Source: Plasmodiophora brassicae (lineage: Eukaryota). Taken from it: a stretch of 64,000 bases of DNA. How positions within the stretch are numbered: the stretch's first letter is position 1; the number at the start of each line of letters is the position of its first letter. Shown one piece after another: positions 1 to 9,645 of this stretch. A program made the position numbers and the translations under genes. The notes beneath the pieces were generated by a model. It saw only the letters and a program-made list of their open reading frames with translations, had not been told where the DNA came from and made no database searches. Where the stretch lies: positions 496,001 to 560,000 of the forward strand of contig CP145415.1 of NCBI GenBank assembly GCA_036867785.1, written 5' to 3'.

Positions 1-1152
1 CCCTTTACGTTCTGTATTAACACTCGTTCAGGAGACCTCAACTACAGAGTCATACAGGAGTTTTCCCGCGTCTGTTCCGCAATCGCAGCGGGCGCCCTGG
101 ATGCGTTAGTCAGCTCCGATCAGCTTCAGGACGAGATCGCGCAGAAGGCGATCTTCCTCGGCTATCACGAAGGTATGGGGAGGACCTGGATGAAACGAAT
201 TCAACCGATGAGCTTTGTTCGGCGTGGCAGGGGCGTTGGCTTTCGCGCCTACGTATCGCATGGAACGGAATTCCTCCGAATATTCCAACAAGCGAGAGCA
301 GTCACCTTCTTGGACTGATCGTATTCTGTATAAATCGCGCCCGGATGCAGAGAACGAGTTCGTGCTCAAGGAATACAGGTCTCACCCTACGGTGCTCGGG
401 TAGTGGGCTTCTGAACCCCCTCCCTCGAAATACTCGCTGACGCCTGCTTGCAGATCGGACCATCGCCCAGTTAGCGCCGTGTTCAACCTGAAACCCAGAT
501 CCTCGCTTCACTGCGGGTCGCTGGGAGGTTCCCGAGGGCCTCTTCCTCGGATAAGGTTCCTGTACATCGACGTCTGCGTACCGAACATTAGCTTGGTCGA
601 TGAGGACCTGGACCCTGCAGAAACCCCCGTTCATCTGCGGATAAGCTCTGAGATCGAGCAGAATTCTGTCAGTTGACTCTGATTCGGGCCGGGTGCCCTG
701 AATGCTGACTTCTTTGCCTTTTTGTGGTCGCAGTTGAAAAGCAGGGCGGGGACAATTGTGCAGACGCCTGATGAGGCAGTCAGGTTACACTGGAATGCGT
801 CTGACTTGCCGCCTCTCAATTCCCTGATAACGGCTGACGAGACCTATATCGCGTCGTCCCACATAGAATTTCATGTATATTCGTTGAACTCCAGGCTCGG
901 TACACAGCTCTGAGTACGCTCTATGCCCCCTTACGATTTACAAATGGTTCGTTGGACAGGTTCATCCATTATAGCGTTGACTACGCTGTTCGACAGCGCG
1001 GATGCCGAAACAGGAGGAATGCAGTTCTCCGCCGATATCGGCTTGCACAGCCAGTTTATCGGAACGGTAGGGCACGGCACAGCCGGTGTGCCCATCTGTT
1101 CTGACATATCCTTCAGTTGAACGGTGCGGTTATGTTGGAACTTCCGCTATAG
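1..1152 (+). CDS. Inositol polyphosphate 5-phosphatase, 5'-truncated by the window edge, with a C-terminal C2-like domain; multi-exon
   Basis: Spliced exons give the 5-phosphatase motifs GDLNYRV (~32-50), FAPTY, PSWTDRILY and SDHRPV. The last exon after the 1066-1117 intron reads LNGAVMLELPL* (TAG 1150-1152). Confidence 0.85.
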
Positions 1153-1385
1153 CACGGGATTCTTCTACGCGTCAATCACGATGCGAATTAGTACTAGGTA
1201 CATACATCATAATACATTACCGCTCGACGTGGTATACAGCGTTCGTCAGCGGGAATATGGCCGCAATTCAGCAACCCTGCCGTGGTCGGGCAGCACTATA
1301 TGGGGATGCGCTAATATCCGATGGAGGCAGTCCGCCACGGAGTCCGTAGGGCGGCGTTCCCATCGCCCAGCACAATCGAACAACC

Positions 1386-1986
1386 ATGACGTCTACGGAC
1401 CCGGTTCCATCCGTCCAGGTCTTCGGACGCAAGCGATCGGCGGTCGCCGTTGCCTACACGAAGCGCGGCAAGGGCCTGATTAAGATTAACGGCACGCCGA
1501 TTGAGTTCGTGCAGCCGGAGGGCCTCCGCATCAAAGTCATGGAGCCCGTCATGCTCCTGGGCTTCGAGAAGTTCTCCAGCGTTGACATCCGTGTCCGTAT
1601 CCAGGGCGGTGGTTTCACCTCCCGTGTCTACGCCATCCGTCAGGCGATCGCCAAGAGCCTGGTTTCGTACTACCAGAAGTGTACGTTGTTTACGGCGCTT
1701 GCGCTGCCCTGATGATTCCTTTGTATTTTTAAGTTTGAGATCCAACATGTCGTGCTGGACAACATAACGTTTATGATTGGGAACATTGCTTCTGATATCG
1801 TGCGTATCGGGAACGTACACTGACACCCATGTCGATACAGTTGTCGATGAGGCGTCGAAGAAGGAGATCAAGGACATCCTGATCTCGTACGACCGATCAC
1901 TGCTCGTTGCCGACCCGCGTCGTCGTGAACCCAAGAAGTTCGGTGGTCGCTCCGCCCGTGCGCGCTTCCAGAAGTCCTACCGTTAA
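1386..1986 (+). CDS. RPS16: 40S ribosomal protein S16 (uS9), two exons, intron 1681-1840
   Basis: [14 protein letters not shown]...[65 protein letters not shown] is a canonical uS9 sequence. Confidence 0.98.
1709..1796 (+). ncRNA. Candidate intronic box C/D snoRNA
   Basis: The 160-nt RPS16 intron is about three times the local norm and AT-rich. It holds box C TGATGA (1710-1715) and box D CTGA (1792-1795), ~86 nt end to end, upstream of the branch point. Confidence 0.55.
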
Positions 1987-2141
1987 GTTACACGTGCGGA
2001 TTCCCTCGCTGGAATTCTTGTCGCCATTCTATAAACGAACAACGATTCTTCCCCATCGCAGACCGCTGCTGTCGCGTGTGACACGTATACGGAGGCACGA
2101 GGGGCGAAGCGCGTTTATAGGGACGTTCGCGGCGGCGTATG

Positions 2142-3383
2142 CTAATCTAAACGGCGGGGCGAATGTTCCAGCTGGGTGGCCGCGCAGGGCGCCTCCAGCC
2201 ATGCCATATCGGGGCCAGCAGCCACAACCATCGACGGGTTCATCGAGGCGAAGCTTCTGTAGTAATGCGCCTTGATGACGTCGCAGTCGACGGTGCCGGG
2301 CACGCCCTCTGTCTGGTAGACGTGCTTCGCGAGGTCAGCTGTCGGCCCCACCTCAGCATGCGGTGTACGACACGCCTGGCATTCATCCTTACTCAGCTTC
2401 GGGAAGAACGACAACGGCCTGAGGTTGCACTTGAACAGCGAATAGTAGACCAGCTCGAACCGCAGCAGGATGGTGAACAGGGCGATGTCGGGCAGCGTCA
2501 GGTCGGGCCCCAGCAAGAAGCGGCTCTTCGACAGCGCCTGCTCCAGCTGCTCCAAATGCTGTCGGCCACCTTCGGTCACGCTGCCGCTGCTCTGCCGGGA
2601 GGCACCACACCGCAGGCCCTACCTGGAACAGTTCGGCGACGCGGCGATCGTACACGTCCTGGTTGACGGCGAACCCAGCCGCGTATATCGCCGACAACAC
2701 GTCCCTGTTCAAACGCGCCAGCATCGCCTCGCATTGCATCGGCATCGATCGGGGGCACCTGGTCCACAGCTCAGAATTAACGGGACGCGTCCGCAGGCGA
2801 TCGCGCTCCAGCGCTCGTTGTCGTAGCGGCTGGCTGCCTTACAGGTCGGCGCAGGAGGCGCGCCGCGCTTCGTCGTCCAGCAGGAAGTCAAAGTCACGGG
2901 CCAGCATGTGCAGGATCAGCACCGGGTGGTTGTTCACGATCTTCTTCAGCTGCGAATCGTAGAGCGCGGGCAGCGTCATCAGGCCACGGTAGGGGCCCTC
3001 GGCGCCCATCGACCGGTCGTACCTGCCGCATGTCGTCAGACGCCCTGCCACCAGGCACAACAGCGTTCCCGCGACAAGTCATTGAGGGAGGACGTCGGCA
3101 CCGGGCTCCCATCGGGGAAGGTCCACCCGTTGGCGGTCAGCTCCGTGTTCGCCAGGACGACCGGGACGATGCCGTCGAGGCGCTTCAGTTTGTGGACGAT
3201 CAGGGCCTGGTGGGATTCCGGGCAGGCGGCGGCGGCCAGCAACAGGTACCGGCCGGGGCGGAACGAGCGCCCGCCGACAACGTGGCCCTCGAGACGGCCC
3301 GTTCCGCGTGCGAACGGCGCCGTCTCAAGCCAGGCGTGGTACTGGGCGCTGCGCTCCTCCAGCGTCGCCGGCATCGCCGCCAT
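2142..3383 (-). CDS. Glutathionyl-hydroquinone reductase (GST Xi class, YqjG/ECM4-like), copy 1; multi-exon
   Basis: GRYLLLAAAACPESHQALIVHKLKRLDG, TLPALYDSQLKKIVNN, IYAAGFAVNQDVY, LTLPDIALFTILLRFELVYYSLFKCNLR, IKAHYYRS, NPSMVVAAGP. Confidence 0.9.
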
Positions 3384-3980
3384 TGTGCCGCGGGTCGAAG
3401 CTGAGCGAACACGTGCGGGTCGATCAGTCGCCGGCAGGGGTTCGTCTGCAAACCGTTTGCCGGCGTTGGCACGATCCCGTTCCGGGCAGCAATCGCCGAT
3501 CCGACGTCCGGTCCGCCTGTTCTCCAAATGGAACCGCGTTTCTAGCTACGATGTTCCATGGTAAGTCAGGCAGGACGCCTTCCGCACCTAAGCAAATTGT
3601 ATCCAGGCGCCTCACTCTGAGTACCTGGTTTCCGAGCAAGCCTCACTCAGCTCCATTCCATACTTCATCGAAGACGGTCGACCACGTGACTGGCTGGCCT
3701 AGTCCTCATTCCAGCTCGCTCGGCGGCCACCCCCTAGAGTCGGCTGTTCGCCTTTCGCTTCGCGGCCGTCCTAACTCGGTGTCGTCGTTGCCGCGCAACC
3801 GTACCCACCAGCACTTCGAAATATTTCTAATTCCACAGAAAGCGCCCCCCTCCATGAAGAAGGCGCTTCCACGAATTACCAAGGGACATCGTGGAGAAAC
3901 GTTGTCTAACCTAAAGGCAGCGTTCAGGCACGATCGTTCATTCGCGGGAGAAGTCAGGCACTCTGTGACGACGGGCACCG

Positions 3981-5163
3981 TTAGGCGGCCGTGGGTGGCT
4001 GGGTCGCCTTGCAGGGCGTCTCTAGCCAGGTCATGTCGGGGCCAGCGGCCACGATCCTCGACGGGTTGATCGACGCGAAACTCGTGTAGTAATGCGCCTT
4101 GATAATGTCAAAGTCGACCGTGTCGGCCACGCCTTCCATCTGGTAGACGTCCTTGACGAAGTCAGCTGCACACGCACAGAGAGATCTATCAGCAACAGGA
4201 GCCGAGAGCTGGTCGGCACGGCCGGCAACATCGTACTCAGCTTCGGGAAGAACGACAACGGCCTGAGGTTGCACTTGAACAGCGAATAGTAGACCAGCTC
4301 GAACCGCAGCAGGATGGTGAACAGGGCGATGTCGGGCAGCGTCAGGTCGGACCCCAGCAGGAAGCGGCTCTTCGACAGCGACTGCTCCAGATGCTCCAGA
4401 TGCTGTGGACCCACCTTTGGTCACGATGCCGCTGCTCCGCCTGGAAGCATCACACCGCAGGCCCTAACCTGGAACAGTTCGGCGACGCGACGATTGTACA
4501 CGTCCTGGCTAACGGCGAACCCAGCCGCGCGTATCGCCGACGACACGTCCCTATTCAGCCGCGCCAGCATCTCCAGACATCGCGGTTGCAGCGATGGTGG
4601 GCACCTGTCGAAGAGAACCCGCATGATCAACAGAATCGCATCCCCAGGCCGGTCCTTCGTACACGTCCACTGCGGCTTGCTGTACCTCCTCGTCCGACAG
4701 GAAATCAAACTCACGATCCAGCATGGTCAAGATCTGGGTCGGGTTGTTGTTCACAATCCGGCCCGTCTGTGAATCGTACAGGACCGGCAGCGTCTTCACG
4801 TCCCTGTAGGGGCCCTCGTCGCCCATCGTCCGGTCGTACCTATCATCGCACACGTCACTGGCTCGGGGTGACTGGGCCAGATACCCCTCCTGACAGGTCG
4901 TTGAGAGATTGTGATGGCAACGGGCACCCGTCCGGGAAGGCCCACCCGTTGGCGGTCAGCTGCGTGTTCGCCAGGACGATCGGGACGACGCCGTCCAGCC
5001 GTTTCAGCTTGTGGACGATCAGGGCCTGATGCGATTCGGGGCAGGCGGCGACGGCCAGCAGCAGGTACCGCCCAGAGGCGCACGAGCGCTTCGGGGCAAG
5101 GTCCCCCTCCAGGCGCCCCTCTTCGTGCCCAAACGCGTGCTTGGCGCCGACGACGTCCTCCAT
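3981..5163 (-). CDS. Glutathionyl-hydroquinone reductase, tandem copy 2; multi-exon
   Basis: Same motifs as copy 1 (ACPESHQ, TLPVLYDSQTGRIVNN, LRFELVYYSLFKCN, IIKAHYYTS). Long near-identical DNA blocks, e.g. ~2390-2535 vs ~4233-4380. Confidence 0.9.
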
Positions 5164-5372
5164 TGGCGAAACTGATGAACCAGGGGGGACGTTCGGCGCC
5201 GGCCGGGCAAACTCATGAACCTACATAGGACGTTCTAGAACCCGCATCCGATGGCAGGTTGCTTCCCCGGCTGCCAACGTCACAGACGGAAGCGGCAGGT
5301 CAGCGTTCGGTTGCTGGCCGGCCAGGAGCGATGGGAGCGGTTCTCGCGACCGTCCTGCGCCGGGCGGGCGGG

Positions 5373-5704
5373 ATGCAGGTCAGGTGAACGTGGGCGGGCG
5401 GCGGCGAACAGCTTGGCTGACCGCCCCTCGTGCAGTACCCGAAGCTGTCGAACAAGACGTTGCAGATCGCGTGCGGGCTGTTGAACTGTTTCGGCGCGTT
5501 CGGCTGGGGGACCCTGCTGGCCGCCCTGGTCAACAGGTCGCTGCCCGATGCCATCATCGGCCTGCTCCAGTTCCTGACGCCGTTCCTCGGGTACGGTCAA
5601 CCCGGTTTCGCTCGCCGGGTCTCCTGCCGCTGACGCTGTCGGCGAATGATGGCAGGTGGATGTGGAGCATCGTCTGGGGCATCCTGATGATCCTCGACAA
5701 ATAA
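5373..5704 (+). CDS. Small SPEC3/stum-like membrane protein (~70 aa), three exons
   Basis: ATG CAG, intron 5379-5435, then YPKLSNKTLQIACGLLNCFGAFGWGTLLAA...IIGLLQFLTPFLG, intron, then WMWSIVWGILMILDK*. This matches the Spec3 family pattern G(L)LQ...GWxWSIxWG. Confidence 0.75.
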
Positions 5705-5732
5705 AGACGCGACCGGGGGTAGACCTGCACGT

Positions 5733-6647
5733 TTACTCCTTCTTCTTGCAGGCCGCGATCAGCTTGCGGTACCGCAGGCCCTCGTAGTGCACCTTGTCGA
5801 ACTTGCGCTTCAGGTCCTGGATGCCGTTCAGCACGGCCAGGTGCGCCTGCGCGACCCGCCCGATCTCGTTCTTCTCGTCGGCGATCATCTGGTCCAGGTT
5901 GTCTGCGGCGGCACGGTCAGTACGTTGCCGAGGGGGCGCGGGTGGGCCGACGATGACCTACACTGGTACTCGTTCATGGCGGGATCGGATGGCGGCCCCA
6001 CTGGGACAGGCGCCTGCAACAGCCGCGCCGCCAGTTGCTCGTTGGGCTCAACGAACACGAACTCGTCGTAGATCTCGGTTAGCAGCGGCTTCTTGGACGG
6101 CTGCCCTGTTGGCGAACGGCATGACGATTGCGCATCCGATACGCGGGCGAACGGGCGCATACCAGATTGGTGGAACAGGTTAACGGGGTGCGGGAAATCG
6201 ACATGGCGATCGCCCCGATCGTAGAAATAGACCTTGACGCTGGCGGTGAACTCACCCCACTAGAGGAATTCGATCTCAGCGGCCCAGTGTCCATCCGGGA
6301 CGAGGCGCATGGCTGACCCCATATTCGGTTATCTCGAAGGGCGGCTTGTCAACGACTGTACATCGGCGAACGTCAGCGCGGAAGCAATTTTTCGGATGGA
6401 TTGCCGTCGCGCGAATACCTCGAACCGGGCACGCGAAACTGTCATGGAGGTTGAAGACGACCTTGCGGACGATCGTGGACAGGTCATCGTCCCGGGTCAG
6501 GCCCCGGACGTATATCGTCCACTTGTGCGACCGCGTCTGCTCGGAATCGGGCCCCAGCCATTCCGCCAGCGTGCCGTGCACGAACGGGCGCGCGATCACG
6601 CGCTGCTTCGGGCGCTTGCCGGTGCCGTCGACGTCGCCGATCACCAT
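5733..6647 (-). CDS. YAF9: YEATS-domain chromatin reader (Yaf9/GAS41-like); multi-exon
   Basis: HKWTIYVRG, VRKVVFNLHDSFACPVR, VDKPPFEITEYGWGEF, KPLLTEIYDEFVFVEPNE, followed by a C-terminal coiled coil. Confidence 0.88.
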
Positions 6648-6790
6648 CGACAACGACCGGCCGGCCAGCGCCGCCACGGACTTCGGAGCTGCACCCCACA
6701 TGTTCCCGTCGTGCACCTTTCGCATTCGATCCTCCCGGCTGCGCGTGTATTCTATAATTGCCTACCTTCTTTGGCCGGCCGGTGCTGTAC

Positions 6791-9184
6791 CTAGGAGATG
6801 GTTGCCGCCTTGCGCTGGGCGGCGATGATCTTCTGCTTCGTGTCCAGCTCGGCGCGAAGCGCCGTGGTCTCCTTGAGGTGCAAGGTTTCGGTGCGTTCGA
6901 GGAGGCGCTCCAGCGTGCGCTGGTGATTGGACCGGAACCGCCAGAGCGCGTACAGCACAACGGCCGCGGCCAGGTACGGTGCACTGTTACCATGCATCAT
7001 CAGCAGTGCGCGGTGTGCTCTTCGAACGATGTCTGACACGTTGGTGACAATGCTGTACAGAATCGACAGGCCGAACTGTTCCGCGTAGGCCTCGAACACG
7101 TTGACGGGGACGTTGCCCGGCGCGCCGGCAAACGGGCCCAAGTTGCCGGCGCACGACCAGGACGAGTTCAGGAAGTACATGTACGTCAGCAGGCAGGTCG
7201 CCAACGTGACGTTGTAGAAATTGTTGAAGAACGTCGTCGTGTTCTTATCGGACCACGACGACAGCGGCCGGGACATGAAGACCGTCAGCTTCAGTCGCTC
7301 CCATTTGAAGTTCGTGAACAGCAGGAGCACACAGAGGATCGACCCGGCTGGGTACAGTGGAAGGGATATCCAGACCAGCGACTGGAAGTACAGGAGGTCG
7401 ATGATGTTCTGGCTGACACTAGGCGACACGGTGATCAGTCGACGGCGACACATCGTGCCTCGCAGTGCCATCAACTGAACCTGTACTCGCTGAGCTCGAG
7501 ACTCACGAACCGTTTCGCGACCTTCTTGACGATGTAGATGCCGGCGAGGATGATCTTGCTGACGAAGAATTCGGACAGAACCAGGTAGAACAGGCCAGCG
7601 CCGGCGGCGTCGACCCCACATGTGTACCCGTCGTGGGACACTGACAACGACCCCAACTGCGGCAGCAGGGCCTGCCCCTTGGCGATCGTGAAGTACGATA
7701 GGACGTTGATGAGGATATTGAGCTGGCGTCCAGCGTATAGTCGCCACATCTGGTGCTTGACGACGGTCGACGGGTTGTCCCAGCGTTCGAAATCAGTGAT
7801 CAGGAAGGTCAGCATGGGCAGCAGCGACCCAATGACACTGGTGGCGATCGGGGCCACCAGGCCCTGCACCTCATGCGGGAACCTATCCGCCACGGTCTTG
7901 TCGATCGTTAGGACGATGATGACGGTCCAGGAGGCCGCCAGGGCCGTCAGGTTCAGCAACAGCCCGAACGTGCGGCGGGCCCACAGCAGGGCTAGGTCCA
8001 TTGGCGTCCTGCCTCGAATTTTCTGCTGCAGGACATGCTCGCTCAACAGGATCTGCAATTGCCCAGCGACAGCGTTGCGACGATCGCTGGCCGCTTGGGG
8101 GTCCTTGATCGTGAAATCCCACAGGTTCAGCGTTCGCGAACTGAAATGCTTCGGGTTGTTCGAAGACTCCAGGACCTTGGCCCTGATGACATCCGCATTG
8201 TCGGCGATCGTCTTGCGAATCGCTGAGATGGCCGCCAGTGCAGCGCAGGCCACCAGAGCACTGACGTACAGGATGTCGCCTGAAGAGCTCGACGGGAACC
8301 CACTGTGCAAGAGGTATCAGCAAGGGGTCCGATGATCGGCGCTCTAACCAGACCTGAACAGCGTCCAGGTCGGAAGGACGCCCGTCAGCTGTGTGAACGG
8401 CGTCGAGCTGTTCAACCGCAGGCGAATCAGGTTGACGCCCCAGATGATGGTGTAGAAGAACGACGCCATGCATGTGGATTTGACAAATCCGAAAACGGCC
8501 AGGACGCCTTCCCCGTACCGGGACGACACGTAGCTGCGACACAATTGTTAACATGTGCATGAAGGTCGGGCCAGCGGCCAGACCTGAGATCGCGTCGGAA
8601 TGGGTCCACCCTGTACACCAACGAGTTCCACTGCTCGATCACGCTCGCAAACATGCCTGACGGTGCCGGCCCTTCGCCAGCACCGTCCAGGTGCGCTTCG
8701 TGCTCATCGTTGCCGGCGATAAGCTCCAGGCCCCTGAGTAACTCGCGGCCTGGATCGTCCAAGTCAGGATCAAGGACGCTTTCGAAAAGCAGGGTCGCCT
8801 ACGAAGCTCAGCGCGGCGTCGCTCGGCTTCGGCATCAACGGTTTCGCCGTTGGCGCCGCGTGTGGCAGGTAAGGCCCTGAGGGCTGCGAACGTGTCCGTC
8901 GCTTCCGACGTCAGTTTCGCTTCGGTCAGCTCCTGGACTAGGCTGGCCAGCCGCTTGTTCTCAGTCTGAAGCGCTTCCGTGCGCTGCATCGCCCTGTCCA
9001 CTCGTTTCTGGACGTCATCCAGCCGCGCCTTCATCGTCCGCTTCAACGTCTCCAGTTCGCCCATTGTCATCGTGATCATGTCGGTCGAATGCGCCGCCGC
9101 GAACAACGATGACGATTCATCGTCGGGCGGGTCGGGACTCCTCGCCCCTGTCGCATTCCTGCCGGTTTGCCACGATGCTGACAT
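6791..9184 (-). CDS. Transmembrane channel-like (TMC family) protein; multi-exon
   Basis: N-terminal coiled coil, then SRYGEGVLAVFGF, several TM helices, ITDFERWDNP...MWRLY, and the TMC-domain pattern EYRVSQNIIDLLYFQSLVWISLPLYP. Confidence 0.8.
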
Positions 9185-9269
9185 CGCCGACCGTTATCGA
9201 CCAGTCTGGGTCACACAGGCGTACCATGCGCGCCCTTCTAATGGTCGTGCAGGTGACTGCAGTAATAGC

Positions 9270-9512
9270 GCAGCTGCTGCTGCAGTCAACAGAGTGCCCG
9301 CAGCTGCAGTCATAAAAGACGTACCCGCAGCTGCAGACAACAGAGTGCCGCAACTGCAGACAACAGAGTGCCCGTACCTGCAGACACAGCACAGTGCCGC
9401 AGCTGCAGACACAGCAAAGTGCCGCAGCTGCAGACACAGCAAAGTGCCGCAGCTGCAGACACAGCACAGTGCCGCAGCTGCAGACCGCAGAGTGCCGCAG
9501 CTGCAGAGAGCT
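9270..9512. repeat. Minisatellite, ~9-10 units of 23-28 bp (consensus GTGCCGCAGCTGCAGACACAGCA(C/A)A)
   Basis: Tandem units are directly visible, nearly all containing (G)CAGCTGCAG. The array lies in the divergent intergenic region between the TMC gene and the CRN-like gene. Confidence 0.95.
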
Positions 9513-9645
9513 GTCGACCGCGAGCTGCGGGCCATAAATACAGGTGGCCGGGCGGATGTGGTGGTCGTGGATCGGGCGCCCCAGTAGCATCCGACATGTG
9601 TCCCAGCCCGGTGTCCGGCGACGATTCTTCGACATCAAACGTCTG

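Noticed and set aside
1086-1349. ORF ending 37 bp before RPS16, taken as the last phosphatase exon
   Set aside because: Splicing at ~1117 gives the frame LNGAVMLELPL*, ending at 1152.
9270-9512. CRISPR-like array
   Set aside because: The variable parts are only ~6-12 nt and resemble each other, there are no cas genes, and the context is eukaryotic. It is a minisatellite.
9117-9638. Cys-rich metallothionein-like ORFs (CSCG/SAAAALCC)
   Set aside because: They are translations of the minisatellite, open in several frames on both strands.
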